Below are positions 1 to 12,140 of a stretch of DNA of 64,000 nt, one piece after another (position 1 is the stretch's first letter; the number at the start of each line of letters is the position of its first letter). Below the pieces are notes generated by a model, which ran no database searches, was not told where the DNA came from, and saw only the letters and a list, made by a program, of their open reading frames with translations. Made by a program: the position numbers and the translations under genes. The DNA comes from Azolla caroliniana (taxonomy: Eukaryota; Plantae; Polypodiophyta): NCBI GenBank assembly GCA_043228905.1, contig JBHGNT010000006.1, positions 23,126,001-23,190,000 on the forward strand, written 5' to 3'.

Positions 1-1344
1 AAGAAGGGCGTCGACTTCGACGAGATATTTGCCCCGGTAGTGAAGATGACCTCCATCCGGACGGTGCTGAGCATAGCGGCAAGCATGGACCTCGAGATAG
101 AACAGATGGACGTGAAGACGGCATTCCTTCACGGTGACCTCGAAGAAGAGATCTACATGCAGCAACCGGAAGGATTCGAGAAGAAAGGGAAGGAGCACCT
201 GGTATGCCGGTTGAAGAAGAGCCTTTACGGTCTGAAGCAGGCTCCCCGGCAATGGTACCGGAAGTTCGACTCCTTCATGACAGACGAAGGGTACCACAAA
301 ACGCAGTCCGATCACTGCGTGTTTGTGAAGAAGTTCGAAGGAGGAGACTTTCTAATACTCCTCCTGTACGTGGACGACATGTTGATCGTCGGACGAGACC
401 AGGTCAAGATATGGATGCTGAAGAAGGCTCTTCACCGAACCTTCTCAATGAAGGACCTGGGTCCGGCGAGGCAAATACTAGGGATGCACATCATCCGGGA
501 CCGAAAGAAGAAGCAGTTGTGGCTGTCACAGGAGAAGTACGTGACAAAGGTGCTTCACCGGTTTAACATGTCGGAAGCAAGACCGGTCGGGTCAACACTG
601 CCGGCAAACTGCAAGCTGTCCAGCAAGCAGAGCCCCAAGACAAAGGCTGAGAAGGAGGACATGATGAAAGTACCATATGCCTCTGCCGTCGGGAGCTTGA
701 TGTACGCAATGGTGTGTACCCGACCGGACATAGGATATGCAGTCGGAGTGGTGAGCCGGTACATGAGCAATCCCGGCAAAGAGCATTGGAACGCGGCCAA
801 GTGGATACTCCGATACCTGAAGGGCACGGCAAACGTGTGCCTCCGATTCGGCTCCGGTAAGCCCGAACTCGACGGCTTCACCGATTCGGATATGTCGGCT
901 GATGCAGATACCAACCGGTCCACATCAGGGTATGTGATGACGTATGCAGGGGGAGCTGTTTCATAGCAGTCGAGGCTGCAGAAGACGGTTGCGTTGTCAA
1001 CCGCGGAGGCGGAGTACATGGCGGCTGTTGAAGCCGGCAAGGAAATAATATGGATGAAGGACTTCATTAGAGAGCTCGGTATCCGGCAGGAGGAGTACCG
1101 ACTCTACTGCGACAGTCAGAGTGCAATCCACCTTGCGAAGAACGCGGCCTATCACTCCCGGACGAAGCACATCCAGCGAAGATATCACTAGATCCGGGAA
1201 AGGATAGAAGACAAGGAGTTCGTGCTGACGAAGATCCACACGGACGAGAACGGGTTGGATATGCTGACCAAGGTGCTCACACCCGACAAGCTGGAAGCGT
1301 GCCGGAAGAGGATCGGATTGGAGAGACATCCCATGCCGAAGTGA
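1..1344 (+). pseudogene. Ty1/copia pol, RT-RNase H end
   Basis: QMDVKTAFLHG, LYGLKQAPRQW, LLYVDDML, FTDSD and RTKHI motifs. Two TGG>TAG stops at 964-966 and 1189-1191. Confidence 0.95.
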
Positions 1345-1354
1345 AGGGGGAGTT

Positions 1355-1959
1355 TGTTGGGATTACGGTCCCTCCGGATGGGATGGTCGGATGTCCGGAG
1401 ATGAATGACGACAAGCCCGGTTGCGGTTTCGGAACCGGATGATGAAGACCCCGGCTTCGGAGCCGGATGACGAATGTACCCGGAGAGAGATCCGGATGCG
1501 GGGACATATCTGTGAATATGTTTGCCAAGGGCCCTTGAGGCTATAGTTGTAAATAGCCCTAAAGTCATATGTGTATAAATATGACTTAGGGCAAACAGTT
1601 TTAATGTTGCTACTCATTTTTTCTGTTTTTCCACTCAAGAGGAGTGAAGAGAGAGCAGCCGCGAGAGAGATAGAGCGTGAGAGACGAAGAGGTCGACGCC
1701 TCTGTGTAATTCCGCCGCCTGTGGCGAGGACAACGAGCTCAAGGTCGTCGCCTTGCAGCTCGCCATTGTATATTTCTCTGTGCATAGTTTTGGTTCGGAG
1801 TTTTGTACTCCCGTGGTTTTTCCCGTACAGGGTTTTCCACGTTAAATCGTGTGTCCACTTATTTACCTTTGCATTTCCCATTTTCTGCAACAACGATTCG
1901 TGTGTTTCCTTGGTTGTGGCCGAGAGGTGAAGTTTGGAAAGTGTCGATTATTTCCATCA
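1355..1959 (+). repeat. Copia 3' LTR
   Basis: Follows PPT GAAGGGGGAG (1343-1352). TGTTGG...CATCA ends. Homologous to the LTR at 61147-61810. Confidence 0.9.
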
Positions 1960-2030
1960 AGTACTTCTGTCAGTTTGTATGGACTTGTATAAAAGTGCTC
2001 TCTAAGCACATCCTATGTATAGAGTTTTAA

Positions 2031-2640
2031 GTGATTATCACATTTCACGACTCGACTAATGGCCTCATTAAGAGACTTCGAGTCTTCGTGGAAAGTAAGA
2101 AGAAGATCTTTGACATTATTATGCAAACCTTGATAGAATTGATCCATTAAGTCCACCTCATCCCAAGGATATCGCATGCCAAAAGACGAAAATCAGTTGC
2201 ATAAGCTGACGTGAGATGATCTCTTTGTCGAAGACTTCGAATTTTGTTTATCACCGTCCTAGTGTTGTTGGTGTCTCCAAAACTAGCTTGAAAATCCTTA
2301 ACAAATGCCTCAACATCCTTAAGCAACAGTGATTTCTTCTCTCGAAGTGGTGCAAACCATGCTGATGTCATACCACATAGCAATGTTCCCGCTAATCCCA
2401 CATGGGCAGCATCAGTTGGATACCGATTGGGATGTAACTGAATAACCAAACAGACTTGATTCAAAAAGCCTCGAAATAAAGACCTCCTACCATCAAACTT
2501 GGTAGGGAGGCTAATCTTTGATTCTCGAGGGGAGTTTTGAGCCCCAACCACTTGTTCTTGTAATGACAATATAGTAGCCTCGAGTTGGTGAACCCGTTGT
2601 CGTGCCTTTCGACGCCCGATCATTGCGCTCGGCCACCGTC
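2031..2640 (-). pseudogene. Gypsy gag remnant
   Basis: LPTKFDGRRSLFRGFLNQV...AWFAPL gag capsid-like sequence. Repeated at about 20174-21100 and 54834-55780, where the CLYCGSPxH zinc knuckle is also present. Confidence 0.8.
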
Positions 2641-2710
2641 ATCATGTTGTTAGCCTCTTGTTGATTCTCCATCTCCTTGTGACCCGTTTTCATGCCGGGT
2701 TCACCAAATG

Positions 2711-3415
2711 TGTCATGCCTTTCGGCGCCGGATCGTTGTGTGAGTCGGGTGGGAATTGCTGGGATTTTCAACTAGGAGGAGGAAGAATTTGAAATGAGTC
2801 TAATTATGAATATATTGCAAGAAAGAGAGATAGGGAACTCGTGAATTCCACGAGTATAACATATTAATCAATATTTAGAAAACGATATGAATTTAGATTG
2901 AAAGACAATAATAGATAGAAAACATCATGAATCCCCACGAATATAATATATTAATCAACCCTTATGAAGGAAAATCAACCCCCTTACAATTTGCCCCCCA
3001 CCCCTATATAGTGATAGGAGAGACCAAGTATATAGTAATCCATGCTTTTCTTAACTATAGACCTCATGCTTTTTTCCTTCTAATAACAATGTTGATGCAC
3101 GTGAGATACATGCATGAATTGCTTTTTCGATCATTCGTTTTCTTTTGATTAAAGTTTTATGCACTCTATGTGTAGAAGTAGCTTTTCCTAAAAATTATAC
3201 ATAAAATAATCTTTGTATGTGGGATATCTACTTGTCTAACACTCATGATGTGTTAGTATAATGGTAAAGCTATAGCTCATTAACATGGAGGTATAGGGTT
3301 TGAATCCTACCGTATGCATGTAACATACATTTTAATATTTTCTTCGGTTTCTTCATATTTATCCAATTAGTTATTGTATACGTTTTTCATGTACTGTACA
3401 AATTACACTACGACA
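2711..3415 (-). repeat. 5' LTR of a tRNA-Trp-primed LTR family
   Basis: TGTC...GACA ends. Adjacent PBS 2690-2706 (TGGTGAACCCGGCATGA on minus) resembles the complement of the plant tRNA-Trp 3' end. Copies at 21202-21906 and 55863-56566, with a diverged relative at 40483-41229. Confidence 0.85.
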
Positions 3416-3650
3416 CCATTGTGGTAACTCTTCATATTGTTCAGCTTTCTCGGTACTCATTTTTTGTAGGTCTACAAGTAGCCTTTGATTTTCATGCTCT
3501 AATGCCACAAATTTATTTGTGAGCATGTCGAGCTTAGAAAGAACACGCATACATTCTTGTTTGCTTAGGACTCCATAACTTACGATGGGAGAGAAGAAAG
3601 AAGAGAACTTGTTGGAAGAGGGAGAAATGAAAAATTGGTTCAAACTATCA

Positions 3651-3694
<44 letters not shown>

Positions 3695-3718
3695 GAAAAC
3701 AAAATATTGTAGTGCACT

Positions 3719-5571
3719 TGTCATGATATAGCATGGTATGGCATTAAAAGGATTCAAACCCATAACCTAGTGTCACATGGGTTGAAGCCCTACCATTAAG
3801 CTATACATTATAATACAAAAAATACTGGTTTCATTTATTATTTCACTATAGAAAATTGGTGTATATTCCAAATTTCTCTACAACATTCTAGAAACTTCAG
3901 GTGTATAAAAAGAGGCACAAGGCATTATTTCGAATCAATTCGGTTCAACGCTAGTCTTAAGCCTCCTAGCTATTCTTGTACTTACTCTTCATATAATATA
4001 TCACATGTTATCATCTCTCTCTCCCTCTCATGAGTCTTACACATTCCCTTCGTCTTAGTACTAATCCTCAGTACATTCCTTCCCTAGTGCTAATTCTCTC
4101 TCTATTTTTAGTAGTACATCCCTAACCGTTTGAACCGAATTGATTCGTCCTCTTATCCCTCCTTCCCTTCATACTAATCCTCTTATCCTCCCTAGTAAAT
4201 GGAAATTGTTAGCGCTCAAGAATACCAATATGTTTTCTCGGAGTTCCGGTGCTTAAAAGAGAAGTTTGTAGCACTAGAACAAGAAAATCATCGTCTGTTG
4301 GGGGATCTTCAACAAATCGTTCTAGAAGAACAACAGCACGGGGAGCTGACGTTACGTGTGCAACAACTTCAAGGGACTATTGTATCATGACAACAAGGAT
4401 CAAGCGCTCAAGGGACTCACAAAGAACCCAAGATTGGTCTTCGTATAAAACTTGATGGAACCCAATCACAGTTTAGAGGTTTTCTTAATTAGGTACGTTT
4501 AGTGATTCAAATGCATCCTTCTCGATATTCTACTGATGCATCACAAGTGGGACTAGTAGGCACGGTTTTGGCATAGTTCGCCCCCCTATTAGAAAAAGCT
4601 CTCCCTTGTTAAATAATTTTGAAGAGTTTATTAGCGACTTTAAAGCATGTTTGGAGATACTGACAATGTTGGGACGACAATCAACAAAATCTGAAGATTG
4701 CGCCAAGGTGATGGACTGGCCTCAACTTATGTTGTGGATTTCCGTCTTCTCGCCACAGATATTACCTGGGTTGACCAGGCATTAATGGAGTAATTTTCTT
4801 TTGGCCTACGTAATGATGTCAAGGATTTACTCTTGACTTTCCCCGAAGAGCCAAAGTCATTGACAGAAGCAATCAGTCACGTGGTATGATGCGATAACCG
4901 CCTTTTTGAATGATGTTCAGAACATCAGTTCTAGATGCGAAGGACAAGATCAGAGCCCACCTACGCCTCAGTTGTAGCAAAACCTTTTCCAAGGGAGTCA
5001 TATAATGCGTCCCCAACAAATTCTGCAACAAATATAAACCAAATAGTTGCTAGTACTAATTGTACTAAACCCGACTCTATTTCAATACGAATATCTAATA
5101 GTACTAATAGTACTAATAGCCCAAGTCTATTGAACAAATTTAATGTCCTTAGTAAGTTAGAAGAAGAGTTAAACAACTAAGCCCAGCCAAAATAGGAGTC
5201 GTTTGGTTGGATAGTCATAGATTGGTGCAACCCATTAGTGGTTCCATTCTCTATAAGCAAGTTAGCAATAAGTTCTTAGCTCAAGTAACAGTTAGTACTA
5301 AAAGTACCACTCCAGTACATATCTTAGCACTCTTAGATTCTGGAGCTAATTCTTGCTTCATGGATAGGAATTTTGCGCAAGCTCATCAGATATCCCTAAG
5401 AAAACTTCCCTGCCCAACATCTGTAGTAGTCATTGATGGTCGTCCCATTGCTTTTGGAAATATCATAGAAGAGTCTGAGCCAATAAGTATTGTCCTAGAT
5501 AAATTGGCTTGTGTAGTATCGTTTAATATAATTAGTAGCTCAAAACATCCCATTGTTTTGGGGTTACACTG
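3719..5571 (+). mobile_element. Gypsy element 5' part (LTR, gag, protease), interrupted
   Basis: TGTCA start, TATAAAA at 3904, degenerate gag from 4199, protease LLDSGA. Reading resumes at 26950 (PIVLGL|PWFELHNP). Confidence 0.85.
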
Positions 5572-8500
5572 TGTCACGGATGAACAATTGGGGGTAAAGA
5601 GATGGGGAAGTTGAGGAGATACGGAGATCAAGAAGTTGATGACAATGAGTAAAAATATCTATTCTATGACTGGTGGTGATCTCCTTGATGTTAACAAGGG
5701 AGATCAACCCTTTTTATACATGTAGTGATGCATGATAAGCATGCTCATGCCAAGTCTAACATACTATAATATCAAGCATACTAATTCTTGCATGCCAAGT
5801 CTTACATACTCAGTCTTACATATTGGGTCTTACATACCAAGTCTTACATACTAGGTCTTACATACCACTCTTTATACAAAGGTTTGAAGTCTAAAGTTTG
5901 TCTAGGAGAAATATATATACAAGGGCCTAAGGTTCACATTCGAGTCCATGGTCATAACATTATCCTCCCCTTACGTGCAAACTTCAAGAAGGTGCGGGTT
6001 TGTGAGGATATCGGAGATGAAAATCATGAACCACTTCCAGGGCATTTGGTAAATTTCTAGCAGGCTCCCATGTAGCGTCAGAGATGGGATATCCTTTCCA
6101 CAATGCCAGATACTGGAGCTCTCATCAGCTCTTGCGCGAGTCCAGAATGGTCTCGACTTCATTGTCATCCCCAGTCGCCAAAGCCACAGGGGGAGGTGGC
6201 TCGATGCTTCTTCCTGGAATTGAGGATGGATGATGGACCTCAAGAAGTGATGCTTGGAAGACATTGTAAATTCGGTAGTGTGATGGAAGAGCAAGACGGA
6301 AAGTCACATTGTTGACTTTATCAATGATGTAGAATGGCCCAAACTTTTTGTAAACAAGTTTGTGGCATGGGCAAGTTGTCGGAATATGCCGACGTAATAG
6401 CCATACCATGTCACCGACTTTAAAATCAGGCGCAACCTGTCGATGGTAATCAACCTTCTCTATGTGTCATTCTTGAGCAATTGAGAGTTCTAGGGATAGG
6501 TCATGATGCACATCTTTCATTAGACGAGCTCGTTCTTCAGCAAATGGATTCACAGAAACAGCAGGGATAACTATACTAAAGCGTGGGTGGAATCCATAAT
6601 CTGCGAAGAAGGGTGTTACACTAGTTGATGTGTGGAGAGTATTGTTGTAGGCGAACACAGCCATTGGAAGAAATTTGATCCAATCATCTTGTCGATAACT
6701 TATCATACATCAGAGATATTGCTCTAAGATCTTCTTTACTCATTTCGTTTGGCCGTCTATCTCAGGATGGAAGGCTGTCGAAAATTTTGTGGAAGTTCCA
6801 ACAGTCTGGATGAGGCGCTTCCAGAAATGAGACATAAATTGGGGTCCACGATCAAAGATAATGTCATCCGGTAAACCATGAACGTGCACAATATTTGTTA
6901 ACAATAGATATGTTGTTTCCATCCCTGAAATTGCTTTAGAACATCGTATAAAATGTGCCATCTTTGTGAATCTATCCACTACGACTAATACTGAATTGAA
7001 TCCCTCAATGTCGGGAAGCTTGGTAATAAAATCTGTCGAGATGGAGGCCCATGGCCTACTTGGAATTGGCAAAGGTTGAAGTAGACCCTAGGGACGATGA
7101 TGTACTACTTTGGCGCGGGCACATGTATCACATGTTTTCACAAATTGTTTAACAAGTTTCCAAGGTTGTGGCCACCAATAACTTCTAGAGATTAACTCCA
7201 AATATTTTGCAACACCAAAATGTCCAACTAGGGAGTCGTCATGGCATTCCTTTATGATACGGATATGACAAGGACCATCTGGGACATACATTAAGTTGCT
7301 CCGAAAAGGAAAACCATCTCGAAACATAAATTGTTCTTGACTATTCCATACCTCCTTTATGGTTGATTTGTTGACTCGATTATCCTTAGTTTCTTTTGCA
7401 AATTTGTCGGCTTCAGTATCTGTGGCTACCGCATTGAGTAATGATTTCTCTGCACCCCTATAAGCCGCAAAGACCTGAATCTGATGTGGTTGTAGGAGAC
7501 AACGTGATTGTTGATTGTAGGTGTGATCTCCTAGTCGAGATAGGGCATCGTCTTTACCATATTGGGCAACGGGATGAAAAACAATTTGAAAGTCATAGTC
7601 AGCCAACAAGGTCGACCATTGCGCTTGCCTCCGGTTCAAAATGCAAGTAGTGGTGAAGTAGACAAGGTTCTTGTGATCGGTCACCACTTGGACACGGTGT
7701 TGGGCACCTGCTAAGTAAGGACGCCATTCTTCAAAGGCTGCAATAATGGTAGAGAGTTCTTTGTCATAAACTGGGTAGTTGATCTCAGGAGGTGTGAACT
7801 TCCGAGAAAAAAAGGCAACAGGATGAAGAATCCCATTGTTATCTGATCAAGAGAGAATGGCACCGATGGCGAAGTCAGAGGCATCAATTTCGATTGTAAA
7901 TGGTTTGGTCAGATCTGGGTGTAGAAGTACCGGAGCCGAGGTAAAAGCTTTTTTTAGTGTCTCGAATGCTAGTTGGGTTGTGGGAGTCCAGCAAAAAGGG
8001 AAATCCTTTCGAGTGAGTGCTATGGGTGGTTGCGCCAATGTAGAGAATCCTTGAATGAATCGACGATAGAAGTTGGCAAAACCCAAAAATGATTGCACAT
8101 CCTTGAGCCTGGTGGGGATTTCCCACTGTTGAGCCGTTTCGACCTTCTTCTCACCCATAGTGATACCATTAGATGAAATGACATACCCGATGAATTCAAC
8201 TGAGGTTCGATCAAACTCACACTTTTCGGGTTTCGCATAAAGTCCACGTTCCCGAAGTTTGGTCAAGATAAGTCGAACGTGCTTGGTGTGCTCTATGTAG
8301 TCCTGTGAGAAGATAAGTATGTCGTTGAGATAGATGACCACAAATTGGTCCAGAAATTCTAGGAAGATGTCATTCATCATATGCTGGAAAACAGCAGGAG
8401 CATTTGTGAGACCAAATGGCATTACCATGTGTTCAAAATGCCCATACCTGGTTCAAAATGTCGTTTTTCACTCATCTCCAGGCTTGACACACACCAAGTT

Positions 8501-11199
8501 GTAGGCGCCTCTGAGATCAATTTTGGAGAATATACGCCCAGCCTGAAGTCGGTCCAGGAGTTCGGGGATTAGAGGTAGTGGATAGCGGTTTCGAACCGTG
8601 ACTGGATTGAGCCCACGATAGTCGATACATAGGCGCAACGTTCCATCTTCCTTATTGACAAATAGAATACGAGAGCCAACTAGAGATTTTGAGTGGCGAA
8701 TGAATCCATTTGCGAGATTCTCTTCAATTTATATTTTGAGGGTCTTGAGTTCCGGTTCACATAACCTATAGATAGGGCCAAATGGAGGACAAGCACCATC
8801 TTTCAAGTCAACTAGACAATCGTATGGGCGATGTTCGGGTAGACGATAAACATTTTTCTTCTCAAATACATCAGAGAAGTCATTGTATTTTGATGGAAAA
8901 GAGCTAGTACATAGGGTAGTATTTGGAGTGGACATGACCGCCATGTCCTTAGAATTAGAAATGGATGCAATAAACATTGTATTGCTTACCTGAGCAAGAG
9001 TTGGAACTGTTTTCGAGGACGACACGGGACTAACTATCGATGTTGTTTCTATTGGAGCAACTGCTGACATGGTTCTCGTTGAAGAGGAAATGGGAGCGAC
9101 CGATAACCTGGTCCTCACCGGAGCAGAAATGGGGTTGCCCCTGAAATATGGGTGGGGGCGACTGTTGACACGGTCCTCACTGGAGCAGAAACTGGAATCG
9201 GAGCAACCATTGATGTGGTTCTCACTAGAGCCAAAACGGGATTGTCCCCAGAACATGAGTGGGAGCAACCGTTAAAACGGTCCTCACCGGAGTAGGCAGC
9301 CAAATAAATGGTGGATCATTGGTTCAAAGAAGGGTGGACGTAATACCTTGTGAGTGAAAATTCGAGGTGAAATTGATGGAGTGAGATCATCAATCCATGG
9401 CCGGATTGTGAGTTTCGAGCCATGATTTCCCCAAGATGATAGGATGTCGAGGTGATGTGATGAGGTTTAAATTGATTTCTTCCTGGTGGACTCCTATGTG
9501 GAGACCCAACGGAATTGTTGTATTTGTGATGGCACCAGAAGAGAGCGTTCGACCATCGATCACTTCAACTAGAATCGGGACGGTTAATTTGTTGCTTGGA
9601 ATGTTGTGTTTCCGTGCAAACATGATGTCAATAAAGCACGACATAGCCGCAGAATCCAACAAAGCTTTTTGTCTTCAGAGTGGTAGAGTCAAACTGAAGA
9701 GTGATCGGAATCGCGAAATTTATTGTCGAGGAAGTCAATTAATTGGGCCCTTGACATAATTGTCAACTCTTGTGGTCCAGATGCACATCCCCTATTGCAA
9801 CTGGACATTGGATTTTTCCTGTTGGTCGAAAATGTCAACCCCATCCACACGATGTGGTGATTGACAGGGTCCCTTTTTTGCGCAACAGGGGATCAAATGG
9901 TCAGGGCTGCCACAATAGAGACCAAAATTGTTGGCCCGTCGATGTTGTTGTTGCGCATTAGTGAATGGTCGATAGTGAATTCAATCGATCTCCATTGGTG
10001 AGCTAGAGTCTGTGGTGGGAGTTGAAGATGAAGTGGACGATGACATGGGAGCCGGTGTCATCAACCATGGTAGGTGACTTCACGTAGCAGTTGGCCAAGA
10101 TGGATGGATCCGGTGAGGACGTTCCTCTTGCCGAAACTCAAAGTGACAGTTATCGCAGCGCACAACTTGGAAATAACCTCATTCAAAGACGTGGGCTTAG
10201 GAAAATTACGTAAAAGATTTTTTATCTCACCTCATAATCCTCAGCGGAATTGATCGAGGAGAGCTTGTCCGCCCCACTCGACATTACATGCGAGCTGACG
10301 AAATTCGGATGTATATAGTTTGTTGAGGCACAGGTCGTCATTTGTCGTTCTTGTTGTAATGCATATAGTTTCTTGAGTGCGGCTCGTCGTTTGTCGGTCT
10401 CCCCAAAAGATTCCTCAAATTCGGTAAGAAATGCTTGGAAGTCATTCAAGAGAGGTGACGAGGTCTCCACTAGAAGGGCAAACCAAGCTTGTGCTTGTCC
10501 TGTCAGCAACGTGTCCATGAGCCCAACTTGTCGAAAGTCATTAGAATAGCATCGCGGCTGAAGACAAATAATAAGTTGGATTTGGTTGATGAAACCTCTT
10601 AGTCGTGACCTTGTTCCATCTAATTTGTCTGGCAAGCTGATATTGGGTTCTACAACAGAAGGGTCAACAATCGGGTGAGGTATAACCGGTGTGGCTGCCT
10701 AAAGTTCTTGAGCAGAGTTTCGTAAGTTCGCATTTTCATGTTGGAGTTGTTGCACGACCACCAAAATTTGCTCAAGATTACTACATGATTCTGAGATGAT
10801 AGTGTATTGAGAAAGAAGGAAAGAAAGAAAGAAGGAGATCAATCTGTCACGGATGAACAATTGGGGGTAAAGAGATGGGGAAGTTGATGAGATAGGGAGA
10901 TTGAGAAGTTGACGACAATGAGTAAAAATATCTATTCCATGAGTGGTGTTGATCTCCTTGATATTAACAAGGGAGATCAACCCTTTTTATACATGTAGTG
11001 ATACATGATAAGTTGGCTCATGCCAAGTCTTACATACTATAATATCAAGCATACTAATTCTTGCATGCCAAGTCTTACATACTATAATATCAAGCATACT
11101 AATTCTTGCATGCCAAGTCTTACATACTATAATATCAAGCATACTAATTCTTGCATGCCAAGTCTTACATACTCAGTGTTACATACTAGATCTCACATA
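5572..11199 (-). mobile_element. Gypsy chromovirus (Tcn1/Tf1-like), degenerate
   Basis: 3' LTR 5572-5959, PPT, chromodomain-like EVETILDS...WKGY, integrase PSRPWASISTDF, RNase H, RT MPFGLTNAPAVFQ, protease and gag. The 5' LTR starts at 10845 and is interrupted by the DNA transposon at 11200. Confidence 0.92.
11020..11172. repeat. 45-bp tandem repeat inside the LTR (about 3 copies)
   Basis: CATGCCAAGTCTTACATACTATAATATCAAGCATACTAATTCTTG repeated. Copy number differs between sister LTRs (1 at about 5746, 1 at about 26751, 2 at about 58453). Confidence 0.9.
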
Positions 11200-11235
11200 A
11201 ACACGTTCGCGTTCACAAGTGGAAGGATTGCGCAT
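11200..11235 (+). repeat. Left TIR, copy 1
   Basis: AACACGTTCGCGTTCACAAGTGGAAGGATTGCGCAT versus the right-end reverse complement AACACGTTCACGTTCAGAAGTGGAAGGATCGCGCAT. Confidence 0.95.
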
Positions 11236-12140
11236 TCCACTTGTAGAATCTTCTTAAAACGAAGCAAATACACCCTCTCTACAATAATTGGATGCACTAG
11301 TATCACATGTTCCTCAACTTGATAAGAATTTGCAAATATAAAAATACATGATAGATCTACGAGTGGAGATCATTAGAAATCATGCAAGTTTAGACATGTT
11401 GATAAGTTAATGTATCTAAATAAAGTTCAACTATGGCTCAATATGGCACTATTGTGCGACAAGGGAAACACTAACTTAAAGACTTATATTAATTAGGTAG
11501 GTTTTACAAAATTATGAGGTGTACTTGTATCCATACTAATAAAATGAGATATAATTTATACTTTGACCCATACGTGCATGTACGTAATTGTCGAAAATGT
11601 AGGATAGTGCACATTAGGATAAGTGATTGGAATAACTAACTTATTAAAGTATTCAATACTTATATTAAAAGTTGATCTAATCTATTCCTCAGTTTGTTCA
11701 TATGGGATCAAACTCTATTGCTTAGGTGATTCACACAAGATCAAACTCCGAACGATAACGCAACTGGAACCATTATCAACACACTACACAATCTAAGCAG
11801 CAATGGAATAGAAACTAGACCTGTTTTAACAATATAAGACAAAGATCCATAATAACAACATGGACAGTCATGGCAATAATTATAGGGCCATGTTCTGTTA
11901 AGGTTAGCTTGGACCAAAATCAGCCTCCATTTAAGCTAGTTCATGTTTCTCCATAAGTTTGGTAGTCAGCTATGCACGCGGTGAAACCAATATCATAAAT
12001 CTACTAATGAGGTATATAAAAATAAAATTGAAACATATAGATGATTATAAAGAATAGAATCCACTAGGTAAAACCCAAAATTTGTATTAATAATGTGAAA
12101 TCTTAACAAATCGTCAGTGTCATATTCTTTATAGAGTCTA

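Noticed and set aside
964-1191. Programmed readthrough or targeted editing behind recurrent TGG>TAG stops
   Set aside because: The sequence contexts differ, and ordinary C>T decay on the opposite strand explains them.
3245-3320. Functional tRNA genes
   Set aside because: Stems are degenerate and the segments are parts of LTRs, so they are reported as tRNA-like modules only.
11005-11322. Repeat protein MPSLTYYNIKHTNSC
   Set aside because: Translation of the 45-bp LTR tandem repeat.
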